The position numbers and the translations under genes are program-made. This document shows, piece after piece, positions 14,829-26,964 of a stretch of DNA of 64,000 nucleotides; the first letter of the stretch is position 1, and each line of letters begins with the position of its first letter. Below the pieces are notes generated by a model. That model was not told where the DNA came from. It saw only the letters and a program-made list of their open reading frames with translations, and made no database searches. Source of the DNA: Tubulanus polymorphus (taxonomy: Eukaryota; Animalia; Nemertea); contig NC_134029.1 of NCBI RefSeq assembly GCF_964204645.1, positions 5,208,001 through 5,272,000 of the forward strand. The letters run 5' to 3'.

Positions 14829-15096
14829 TCGACGTTCTATTTTATTTCCGGGATACCCTTACTCGAGTCTACGCAGTACCGGCCATCACTGGATTCATCT
14901 GATACTCGAGTATACGCAGCTTGGCGAGTCAATGCCAACAATTATCAATTCAAATATAATTAATTTCAACAGACTTAAGTGGTCTATTCCCTGATTATTA
15001 CCAGGTCGAGAAAGGGATAAATATTCAGTTTCTGAATGTATGTCCGGGGTTTAGAGTTTGGAAATCGAGAGTGGGCCAGACTTGTACTATTAGCCC

Positions 15097-15146
15097 CTCG
15101 TTTTCCTAGTACAAAAAGAGGGCTCGTTTTCCTAGTACAAAAAGAG
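15097..15146. repeat. 24-bp perfect direct repeat x2 in a divergent intergenic/promoter region
   Basis: CTCGTTTTCCTAGTACAAAAAGAG at 15097-15120 and 15123-15146. Confidence 0.9.
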
Positions 15147-15537
15147 CCAACGAGCGTTGCGGGTACTCCAACCGGTAAAACCCACGACCTTAATCTGATA
15201 ACAATGATTAGATATGTGTTAACAGTATAACATTGGTATATGCAGGTCTACATGCGTCAGTACTTAACTGCTGTTAGAGAACTCAGCGAAGGTAAGCCTT
15301 GGTTCTTCAGTCTCAGTCATTTTTGGCACAGTGCAGGAGGCTCCCAGTCGTTTTTTTAATCGACGAACGTGGTTGTGTTTCGGATCGAGAAAAAAAAGAC
15401 TCATTTGAGTAAAAGTAATTCGAATATTATACATTCCTATGAATATTTATGTATTTAACGAAAAAGCATTAGTCACCCACTAAGTGGGAAATCCCTAACG
15501 AATTGACGTAATTCATTTATTTCATGTTCAGGATACG

Positions 15538-18500
15538 ATGGAAGATGATGCGAATTTGACCTCGCGAGCGCTGACTGATCTTCAACTGGTCTCAGAGACC
15601 GTTCAAGCCGCTGATGGAAAAACTCGACGACGATATGACGAGGCTTTGAAGTTCGGTAACTTACCGTGCGCCTACACGAAAGTCATGCTACTCGGAGATG
15701 CTGGCGTTGGCAAAACGAGCACAAGGAAAATTCTAATGGGAGAAAAACACGAAACTTACGATGGACAAAGTACATTCGGTATCGATAAGCATGTCGTAAA
15801 CGATCGATTTAAACCCGTGGAACCAGACGGAGCGAGCGAATTGGCGAAGGCCGCCGCCCATTTTGCCATCCACGGTAAAAGCGAGCTTCTTACCAACGTG
15901 AAAATACCGCTGTATTTAGTAATAATTCGCCGTCTATGGGTCGCGCTAGGCTTTGTTCTTACATTTTCTTTGGGTATCATTCTGTTTTGTTTCCAAGGAA
16001 TCGAGTTTGGGTTCGCGCCTGTGCTAGCGATAGCGACGTTGGCGACTAGTATGCTTCTGAAGAACCCGGTAACCGGTTTCAACATCGGAAACGGATTAGC
16101 GATCGTTCTAGTAACCGTGAACTATCTCACGTCAGTAGAAATTACGGCATTTTATGCTGAAGACAATTCCAACGAGAAATTCGTGTTCTTAATTGCCTTA
16201 ATGTGCACGACATGCCTCGGTTTTTTAATCGGTTTTATTCTGGCAACCGGTTGCGGAGCTGGAATATCAATAGCAGTTTCTTTAATGTTACCTCCTTTAC
16301 AGACGAATCTCAAACCCTCAATTAACGCTGATGTCGTATTGTACCTGGGACTCGGTGATATCGTAAGAGCCGGTAAAGCCCTACTCCTTATTTCTTTCCT
16401 TGTCATAGGCGTTCTGATACAAAGCAAGGTCGATAACAAGAAACTGACGATAACAATAAAAGCTATGTCCGTCCTTTTTGCGTTGACGATGATTAATGGT
16501 GCAGTCTATATGAATATTTCACTGGAATGGATTCTGTTCGTATGCGCAGGATTGGCATACGGAATTGCGTTCATCGCCGGGCAAAAAGAGGGCCGACGAA
16601 TGTCTAAAATTTTCAAAATTGGTTACGTGAACAGATGTTTCACCGATTTTCTCGGGTGGGAAGTGGGAACGATTCTCGCCCATTTTCTGGGATGGCGACT
16701 ATCATTTGCGGATTTGAACGGCACGAACGCGATGCACCTTGCTCTATCCGTAATCGGAGTTGCTTTGGCTGTTTCGTGTGAGATTTACCGTTGGTATATC
16801 GCTACAAATGACGCCTACCCGGTCGATTTGGTGCGCCGCGAAATACGAGATAACATTCCCGGCACGTGGCCTTTCAAATACTGTCTTTTAGACTGCGCTG
16901 GAAATGAACTTTATCACGTCGGACATCACATATTCATGGCTAAACATTCCGTATATTTGATCGTGTTCAGCCTCGAAGATGCATATCTCCGACCAGAATG
17001 GCAGTTAGAGCGGCTTTTGTATTGGTTGAATTCCGTCTTCGCTCACGCCAGACACAGAGATGCTCTGGTATTCCTCGTCGGTACATTCAAAGCATCGCTC
17101 GAGGAGCAGCAAATTAACCACATCGGTCAATGGCTCAGTAACGAACTGTTCGCTACTTTTGCGGGTCGGCTCGCGTTGAATGAGAAAAGATCGAGGCGCA
17201 TTCCGTTGTTTGCGATCGAAAATCGCTATCGAATTCATAACGTCGGTTGTCCGGATCTCGACGAGTTGCAACGATTGATCAAATTGAAGGTATCAAATGC
17301 CGAATACGCTTCGAGGCCTATTCCGTTGAAGTGGTTCGCTTTTTATGACTTCATCGTCGAGTGCAGAGCATTATGTAAGAATGGACGGCCATCGGTGATA
17401 TCTTGTTTCTTTGATTATCACGATTTGTTCGAGCGCCTGAAAACGCGATGCGGTTTTGAAGAGGAAGCTGAATATTTTCGTATGCTGCAATTTTTTGCCG
17501 ATTTCGGTGAGATTTTCTTTCGCCCGAACGACGCGCGTTTATTCCGGTACGTCATACTCGACCCGAAAATCCTAATCGATAGCGTTGAAGCGTTGGCTGG
17601 AAAATACGCATCGTTTAACGACGACCCGTACGCCGAACGTGCCCGGGATAAACTCGAGAATTCAGGAATCTCTTCGAAAAAATTGCTCGTTAACATACTC
17701 GGCCACGTACCCGGAGCAACAGCGATAAACATACAAATTCTACAATCCCTTGAACTACTTATACCAGTCCATCGTCATTCGGCTGACGATGAATACATTG
17801 TTCCATTTCGGTTGCCGTTAGATTCTCGAAATGCATCATTCCATGATATGAACTACGAAAAATTCTTTTATTTCGACTTCGGATATTTTTACCCCGAGGT
17901 AATATTTATGAATTTGTTGGCGAAGTGCTACACGATGACCCGCCTTACGACCGACCAAGACAACGTTAGACTATCCGAACACGATATCCAGTTTTTCAAA
18001 GATTCGGGAGTTTTTTATTTCGGAGGCAGCGTGGTCTATCGGGTGCAACTGAAACGACCGTCGCCTTCGAGAAACATCATCAAAATTAGCGCTCACAAGT
18101 TGAACGAAGAAGCTGAAACTTTTACCGTCTTTCGACAACTCGACGCCATCGTTAACCTGATACGAATGAAAGACTTCGAATATTTAACCTACGAATGTGG
18201 TTTTCTTTGTCACTGTTTAGTGGACAAAGATTTCGAGCTAGATCGATTTCATTTGAATGTAGTCGCCCGCCACGGAACGACGCAAGATTGGGAATTCCCC
18301 AAAAAAGGCCGCCAGAAGTTTCTATGCCGAGGTGAAATAGAAGAGATCGATTTCGGTTTTCCAGAAGATAAAAGTATCGACTATGAAAACGTGAGTGCTT
18401 ACTCGACGGGTAAAATCATCATGTCAGGTAGCGAGTCTTTGATGATCAAAATATAAGGAAGTATTGAAAAGGAATGAAATGATTGAGGAAACCCCACCCC

Positions 18501-19416
18501 CACCCCTTCCTGAAAGTGTAGGCTATATTTCGTAAGAACTATCATTTCAAAATCATCACGGTTTTGAGATAATAAGCCAATATATATGCGTGTATTTGTA
18601 GAACACAGCATTCATTGAGGGCTTAATAAAAATTGAATAATAATGCCACAACACATGAAAATGGATGTGTGAAACCAGGTTCTAATTCAGTAAACATGCC
18701 GTGAATTAAATATAAAGCATAGAACAGGCGAGCGGGCATTTCGATCGATCGGTGTAATTAATAATATCTTGTCATCAGAGTCGTGCAAATATTAGCTCGG
18801 CAGTGATCATTCAATCTAACTGAACGCGTCCCAACTTTACCGTTATTTGTGCTTTATAAAATATTTCTCTTGCCTAATGATAGACGATGCAATTTACACT
18901 CGAATTTTTCAGGAGCAAGCATTAGCAGAAAATCCAACGGACACCAAATCCGAAGATCATCGCCCGCGTTTCGAAGCATACATATCCTGTTGCCGAGACG
19001 ATCGACCTTGGGTCCAATGCGAGTTGCTGCCGGTTCTCGAGAACGCCGAGACGCCATTTCGAGACGTCGGTTTTTTCGATAAACCGACCGTGGCCATCAA
19101 AGTCAATTACGTCGAAAACCCGAATCCAAACATGAACAAATTATCGCTGTTGCAGATGAGCGCTCGTGATATCGTTTCCTGTAAGACGGCAATAGTAGTA
19201 ATCAGTCGAGATTATCTGATCGATGGCAGGTGCACGCGAGAATTAGACTACATCGTTAAACGCCATAAAACGATCATTCCCATTATCAAAGATGGCTGCC
19301 ATGTGCCCGATTCGCTTTCGACGTTAAAAGTGTTGGACTACGAGTCGTGTCGGAAAGAAGGTTCGTTATTGGGTCGGTTTTATCTTCCGCTCATATACGC
19401 GGTTAAACGAGCATGA
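15538..19416 (+). CDS. Roco-family protein: Roc GTPase split by a multi-pass membrane insert, COR domain, C-terminal TIR domain; ~1118 aa, 2 coding exons
   Basis: Exon 15538-18390 (donor AAC|GTGAGT) joins exon 18913-19416 (acceptor TTTTTCAG|GAG) in phase 0. P-loop KVMLLGDAGVGKTS; switch I STFGID; switch II LLDCAGNELYHVGHHIFM...VYLIVFSL; WLNSV; G4 LVGTFKA; COR-like PIPLKW...MLQFFADFGEIFF...YVILDPKILID; TIR-like AYISCCRDDRPWV..ELLPVLE...SCKTAIVVISRDYL..GRCTREL. Probable 5' UTR exon ends at 15291, with acceptor at 15531. Confidence 0.85.
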
Positions 19417-20220
19417 ACATTGATTTGGATTTTTAAAAGTGTATGCATTAGTATGAGACATCGATAAAAAATGTTAAGATTTCATTCCCAAGTAATTCTC
19501 AGATATATTTATATAGCCTTCTCACTTAAAGCAGCGCCAAATGAAATTATGCGGTATATACTGATTATTCTAGATCAGCTAGTAACACAATTACCAATGT
19601 TTTTCATGATAAATGAATTTATTTTCCGAAAGAAATTGCTCTCTTAATTCGAAATGGATTCATTTCCATCGGTTCATACTTAATTGACTCAAAAATATGT
19701 AGCTTTCTTTTTGCCACTAATCTGATTAATCGTAGTGTAGAAATTATTCTGACGAGAGAAACGAAGATTTCTGGTTGCGTGTCTTTTACAATGATTTCTC
19801 GATTCTATGAAAATCGTCAAATAAAATCTGCTGATTAATTTCTCTATTTTCCGTTCTTCTCGTCGCATTTATTATCTGCAGCGTGTACTTGTCAGAAATG
19901 ATATGTCACAGAATATGAAAACTGCTGCAGATGTTGTAAATGTTACAATGAACTTGACATATTTCACTTGAAATAGACGAATAATCGGATGTATACAATC
20001 AAAAGACATGACTATTAATGGATCACCAGTACATGTACTTCGAAAATTGTCTCTATGCGCAATCACATCACTTATGAATTACGTAATGAATATACCAATC
20101 TCATTAATTCCCAAGCATATCTCTCCGACACATTATTAGTAATGATGACGTTTATACACGTATGAGCATCTGAATGCTACTCTGACAAGCGTTTGTTGAA
20201 CGAGTTGAGTGTTTTTGTAG

Positions 20221-22857
20221 TTATATGCGATCGGTGTCGTTTGTGGTTAATTCAGTTCCGCTGTTTGTAGACTGCTGTGTTTTAACCGACCAAACTGATT
20301 GCTCGCCATTTGCGTCTTCGCCTGGGAAGCACCGTCGACAACATCGACCAGATGACAAAATCGACGAATATGCCTGTCTGAAAAGAAAACGATAAAATGT
20401 CATAATACGATTACTAACTACTATTAACTAATATATCCGTATTGTATACGATATTTTTTATGCTTTATAAGGAAATGCAAAAATGTTTATTCTAACGATT
20501 GAACCTGGAATGAGAAATATCAATGAAAGTCGTGTTATTTCGGTACATGATAAAGTTAGGGATAGGGAAGTTAATGAAATCAATACGCCAAACCCGCGTC
20601 CATTGCTAATCATTTAACGACTTATTCGAGTAATACTCCCAAAACTCGCTCAAGATATCGCCAAAACACTCGTTTCTAGATGAAATGAATAAACTCGTTC
20701 CAGATAAGGACAAAAGACTATGAATAAATATGTGTAAGCCTTTTTGGAAATTAATGAAATAACAGTTGATTTCACACACGTAAAAAATAAACATGCATGC
20801 CCAGTTGTTTCCTCGTGAAAAGTAAATACGCGTAGTATGTATTGGCCCTATATAAATAAAGTCAGCTGGTATCAGTCAGTAACGAATTAATAAATTCATA
20901 GATCATGAATGTGATTGGATTCGTTTGAATACATTAATTCTATTGTAGATGATACGATGTCAAACCATGTGATGTAATCGAATGGCAGATACAAGTCCGA
21001 ACTGTAATGAAAATACGACATAATGAAAATACCCTAGAGGACCATGATTTAGCAATGCGCATTATTCATAGACAGGTGTATCCATTAGTCAGGAAAAGGA
21101 CCCATGTATCTATATATACATGTAATTCGAATTGGCGTTATTGGAATTTCCGAAAGAAAACCAAAAATAAGGCACTTTTTCAAGTGATTGTGACATCGCT
21201 AGCTGCGTGAGTAAGTGACGTTCCTCGTCATTGATTCGCGCATTTTCCCGTCCAGGTTCATGAAAAATGTCGATAGAGAAACAAAACATGATTGGTAATT
21301 ATGGTTCGAATCCCAACACTCATGTCGTTTCTAATGAGGTACACGTGCCTTCCAAGACTTCTATTGAATCAATACCATTTTCAAGGGCATGGAAACGAAC
21401 AATCATTTTCACTGCTATGATTTTGTGCTGTTTTCTAGTGCCGGAAGAAAAATTCACAATAACGGTTTTTCTGTTCAAAACGTGTTTTTCGACTGCGGTA
21501 TGTATCCTGGTTTAGTTGAGATCTACGTAACAGGATTCGATTTGCAAGGACGAAACGCTTTTTTGGCCCACTAAAAGTCCTCGAGTTAACGATCCTGTAT
21601 ATTTATGACGTTTAATGGGACCCCATCAAGCCAACTATTCTCTAAATTAATCACTTCTATCCTTCGTTCCGTGTACTCCAGGAGATACGCCTTCGCATGT
21701 CGGCATCGGGTGATTATTTCTTTTAGTTTGCATTATTGGTGAATACCGTTTCTTATGAAAGTGTATGTAAGTGAATAGTTGAGATAATGAATAGAGTAAA
21801 TTGGACGTAAATACGTGTATATTTGCGATTCACGATGCGAACGTATGGTATATATTACAGAAATATAGACCGTTTTTTGGACATTTTCTGTTTTCAATAA
21901 TTCACTAAGACTGAAGCACAGGTATGGATTCTCGATATTTTCCATTGAGAAACAGGCTGCTACTTACCTGAACTCACTGTTCATGCTGCCGTATATGATG
22001 ACGTTCAAGGCGATTGTCAAACAATATAAGCCTATGGTAACTACATACGCTATTAGAGGCTCTTCGAGGTCACTGTCTACTGTTCGCAGAACGAAAAACG
22101 GCGCATAGCCGAAAAAGCTAACGGAACAAATAAACCCGAAAGTTTTCGTCAAACGTAATTCCATCTGAGCCGAATCGCGGCTAGTAGCTATACTGCGTCT
22201 GTTTGATTCGGACTCGTTCGACGAATTTACGCTGAATCTGTTCAAAGCCGTCGTAGTTTTTTTCACGTAAATTAGAATCGCCGTATAACAGAATATCATC
22301 GTGCAAGCCGGCAGCCCGAAAAGCAACAGTAAGCTGACTATTTTCTGAAATGTTGGAGTATCTGGAATGAAGATACATTTCACGTCCAATCCGTCGTCGT
22401 GAGCCTCTTTAAATTCGTCGTACATCGTCGGAATTAGCGAGGCCGGTGGTAAAATCCAACAGATCATTGTTATCAGTACTCGGCCTCTCCGTCTCTCTAA
22501 AAAGTCCACGCTATGCACCAGACGTAAATATCGCTGTATAGCGATCGATGACTGGGTCAACATGGAAGTACCGTAAAGACACAAGTTTAATATGACGAAA
22601 ATTTGACAAAACAACTCACCGAAATGCCACCCGTTTGATACAAGCGTACAAACCATTATCGGGCAGAGAATGCCCAGAAAAAGTAAGTCCGGAATGCTAA
22701 GGCAAATTACGAAAAATCTCGCCGCCTTCCCGCGAAATAACGAGAACTTAGCAATCGAAATAAGGATCAACACATTGCCGAGTATTCCCGAAATACTGGT
22801 TAATGAAATGACCGTTACTCCGATAATTCGTTCGAGCATCGTGAAAGATTCAGCCAT
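20221..22857 (-). CDS. Rhodopsin-like (class A) orphan GPCR, copy A, ~348 aa
   Basis: Exons 22857-21968 and 20377-20221. Seven hydrophobic helices with GN (TM1), LSIPDLL (TM2), WHFGELFC, IAIQRY, ICW, LP..MIFCY, GYAPF and NVIIY, then helix 8 SEFRQAY and a Cys cluster. Loosely Tre1/Moody/GPR84-like; this sub-assignment is uncertain. Confidence 0.9.
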
Positions 22858-23813
22858 CGTACACAACTGGTTCCTCGGAGCGGCGCTCCACTGTCACATT
22901 TACCATTAAATGTCGCCAGATCAAGTTACGAGCGTCCGTTCTTTAGGTTCCGGTAACACTTGTCATCGACATAGATTCATTCGATGGCTCACATTCCCGC
23001 TCGTTCTCTCTCAATCCATTTCTTTCTTGTTGAATAGGAAATATAGTTCCAGCTGCGGTAGAAATAGTCATTTATTAATTTCAGTGAATGTATATATTTA
23101 CATTTCTAACGAAAGCCTGAATTCTAATAAACCTGAACAAACATTGATTAAACACTCAGTCCAATGAAATATGTACGGAATGAACCATTTATCACCCTCT
23201 AAATAATCCAATACCAAATGATTGGACGATTTGAGGCACTATTTGCCATTTCATGATGTTAAATCGTCTAAAATATCAGCGTGTAAATGTTGCCCGGTTT
23301 TCGCGTCAAATTTAATTAAGCGGGAAGTGCTTCTTTTCGCTGGGAGACGATTCTGATTCGATATTGATAATTCCAACGCTGAAAACTCGTTCAAAATTTG
23401 AAACCACTTCGGAAAATTACGTTGTAAAATGATTCGAGGAGATTCCCACGGTCGAGATACGCGTCGAATCAAAATTTGAGTACATGAATTCTGCATAGCG
23501 AAATCGAAATCGTTCTAGGTCAATACATTTTCATCGGATACTGACTCCGATGGGTCTGAAGTATCCTTTTTCCTGGAGTCAGTTGTACAAATTCTTTTGG
23601 GGTTAGTTCTAGTTCCAAAAGTGGAGTCTATTTGGGTACTCTTAGAAAGGAGAAGCAGCTCCCTCTAAGATTCACTGCGCTCAGAATATTCAAATTGCCA
23701 ATCAAATGATTTCTGAAGTTGCTTCAGAATTATACAGATTCCTGCTAGTTTTAACGGAAGTCTGTTGGCAGTCCATCGTGGTGAATTTATATCGATTCAT
23801 CTGATCACTAGTG

Positions 23814-23820
23814 TATATAA
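23814..23820 (+). promoter_or_regulatory. TATA box of peptide gene copy A
   Basis: TATATAA, conserved with the copy B site, ~20-30 bp before a TTCACT initiator-like site and a short non-coding exon. Confidence 0.55.
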
Positions 23821-23983
23821 GCTGGTCTGAATTTGTAACATTCACTGGTCTCTTAACTGCGAGGAGGCAACTAGAAATAGCGAAATAATTGTAGGTAATC
23901 TTCTTAATCGCTGAGAAGATTTTTGTTCTTTTTCACGCACTCATGTTGACATTTTGATTTATTTTTATTTCGATAGAATAACG

Positions 23984-24198
23984 ATGAGTCACGCCGCAGT
24001 GATGTTTTTCGTTGTTTTCTTTGGTTCGTTACGTTCGCCGCCGATGCGCAAAGCTGTCAGAACCAAGCTGAAATGATCGCTTGTTACGTGTACAAAGCCC
24101 ATAGCTGTCTGGAGTCGGGTGTAACTAATGAAGAATGTTGTGCAAATACTGAATATTACTTCAAATACGGTGGAGGTTGTATGCCAGACAGTAGGTAG
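23984..24198 (+). pseudogene. Pseudogene copy of the 8-Cys secreted peptide
   Basis: Versus 34355-34564: a +2 frameshift in the signal peptide (TTCTTTGGTTC vs TTCTTGTTC) and loss of two cysteines (TGC>TAC, TGT>GGT). Confidence 0.85.
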
Positions 24199-24649
24199 CA
24201 AATGGAAAAATAAAACAGCAAGACATTGTTTGTCATGAAAATTGCTTTTAAAAGATTACTCTTCTTGAACTTTTTTTTTCTTTGAGTTTTCTCTATAAGT
24301 CACGTCGTAAAAACCAGGGTTGCAAAAAGACTGTCCCATATTCCATATTTTTCCTACTTTTGAAAAGGCACAATTTCTTTGGGAGACAGCTGATCCTGAA
24401 GAAGCGAAGCCTTAAGCGATGCCGCCAAAAAACGAATAAAATTAGCGCTGGCGGTTGAGAGGATTTCTGCCGGAAGGAACTTGTGTTGCGGAGTTTTTTA
24501 GTAGCAACAGCTTAAAAATCCCCTCGGGCATACTTCAATGAATTTATTATATTCAACTTTCTCATATCTTTTTTTCACGAATTTATTTGTTCTGCGATTA
24601 CCTTTCAACTGCAATGTCTACGATCTTATCCTACGATAAGATAGAATAA

Positions 24650-26842
24650 TAAGCCTTTTTACAGTTTCCAGGCGCCATTTTTTTGGGTACCCGCCGGGTC
24701 CGCATTGTTGAATTTTTTGTCCCTATTTTTCTCCGGTTTAATTTTTTTATTTCGTTCATATCTCTGGATTTGATTAAGATAGAAACAAAGTAGAAATATC
24801 GATGAACTCGGCTGATAATAAACTTTTTTATGATATCACTCATTTATAAAGTTAATGCAACAATGTGCGCTGGTGAAGTTATAAACATTGATATCGTCTT
24901 CCCGATAATTCAACTTGAATTATTGCTCATCTCATTCAAAAGTCCGTAATTCTTACAAATTTTAATCTACATTTTTGAAATTTTCAGGATCAATAGCCAT
25001 CTATATGTGGTCTTATATACCTTTTACCGTTTTTAATTATCTTTATTAGTTTTTAAGTAATTGCGAGTCAAACTTCCAAAACACGTTTTCTAGAGTATCA
25101 TGTGTGCATATTTATATCAAGAAATTTGCCAATTTAACCGGTCCTACATTGTTAAAATCAAAATTTTCAGTAACTATGGAAACAAGGGCACCTAGTTATT
25201 TGAAAAAAATGGTAAATAGAGATATTTCTAGTAACACAGGGACAGACTACGGGTTTGGAGGGTCGGTAGTCCGGACCCCTGCTCCTTCCCATTAAGATTA
25301 CCATCTTTGTCAAGACAGTGATCGCATAAAACTTACAAATCTAACATTCATCCTCTTGCAAATTAAATTGTTTTGGATGTATTTGTTTCAACACCGAGGG
25401 GCACCCTACTCACAGCCTTAATCTACGGAAAATGTCCTTATTTTTGGACCCCTCTCCCAATCATCTAAGATAGTCAAAAAAGTCGAAATAAGTCTTAGTG
25501 TCAGGCATTTAAGTTTCATTGATCTCCCGTCTATATTATATCGTTTAACAGTATATTGCATCAATGAAATATGGCCGTTGGCAGGTGATTCTGGAGCCAG
25601 TTGCTCAAAAGTTAACCATCAGAAATACCATGGTGTAATGGCGAGCGCTCGGTCTTCAGTTAAATACCGGTACCCGATTTACATTTTTGAATTTTCAGCA
25701 GCAGCTCCACGCAAATGGAAGCAGCCACGGTTGTGTCAAACTTGACGTTTGCAAACCGTTGGATCGGGTTTGCTTTTTTGAGAACGTTCGATGTTCGATC
25801 TTTATTACTGATCGTGACACGAGCTGGAAGGTGTTTCAAATTGAATTTGAATATATTAGGCTTAGTCGATTGTGTTGGAAAGATTGGAACTTTGGAATAT
25901 ATTAGTATATATTGAGGAACATAACATTCGTTTACTTTCTGTCAAAATTGATCTCGTGTGTTTGATAGTTGTTTTGAGATTTGGCACGAATTCTAAGTCA
26001 GTTTTGATCATACAAGGTCTGTATTAGCCCACTTCACGTAAGTAGCCATGCAAATTTGCGACGTCAATGCGACGCAGCATTGAGACTGTGGTTCTCATAC
26101 ATGTGCCACATAATGTCTGACTTTCACATTTGCAATCGTATACCCGTACGTGCAGTTTTGGAATCGAATGAAACACGTTGGACAAAATGATCTGTTGTGA
26201 ACCTAGGTAGCTGGTTAAAGCAACACCTGGGTTATTTTGTTTATTTTGACAAATCCTAGAGAATATATATCTTTAATAACCATTTTTCAAAAACCTAGGT
26301 GCCCTTATTTCCATGGTTACTTAATAAATTGATTTTCAACAAAGTAGGAAACGGTGAAATTGTGAAATTTCCTGATATAAAGATGCACCCAGGGGACCCG
26401 GGAAAACGTGTTTTGGAAGTTTGACTCGCAATTACTTAAAAATTAATAAAGATAATTGAAAACGGTAAAAAGTATATAAGACCACATATAGATGGCTATT
26501 GATCCTGAAAATTTCAAAAATGTAGATTAAAATTTGTAAGAATTACGAACTTTTGAATGAGCTGAGCAATAATTCAAGTTGAATTATCGGGAAAACGATA
26601 TCAATGCTTATAACCTCACCAGCGCGCATTGTTGCATTAACTTTATGATTGAGTAACATAGTAAAAAAACTAATTATCAGCTGAGTCAATCAATATTTTC
26701 ACTTTGTTTCTATCTTTATCCAATCCAGAGATATGAACGAAATAAAAATATTAAACGGGGAAAAAATAGGGACAAAAAATTCAACAATGCGGACCCGGCG
26801 GGTACCCAAAAAAATGGCGCCTGGAAACTGTAAAAAGGCTTA
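24650..26842. mobile_element. ~2.2-kb non-autonomous element with ~590-bp terminal inverted repeats (foldback-like)
   Basis: Termini TAAGCCTTTTTACAGTTTCCAGGCGCC / GGCGCCTGGAAACTGTAAAAAGGCTTA; arms ~24650-25230 and ~26256-26842. The paralogous empty site (GATAAGATAGACTAA|TTGGTAATTCGATC) is at ~35021-35049. No transposase ORF seen. Confidence 0.88.
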
Positions 26843-26964
26843 TTGACAATTCGATCAATATAGCACGAAAACGGGTCATCAGATTTTGATAGCTACATTA
26901 CGATCGAAAAAAAAAACTTACACATCGTAAGCTCAGAAAGTTCATATGGTATGGTATGGTTAAA

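Noticed and set aside
15538-18456. Calling the Roco gene LRRK2, DAPK1 or MFHAS1, or treating the TIR ORF as a separate TLR/MyD88 gene
   Set aside because: No LRR, kinase or death domain is present, and the TIR ORF has a strong in-frame acceptor matching the upstream donor.
23251-23665. Minus-strand ORF-like stretch between the GPCR and peptide genes
   Set aside because: Interrupted by a stop in both units, unit B has deletions, and there is no recognisable domain. At most a decayed remnant.
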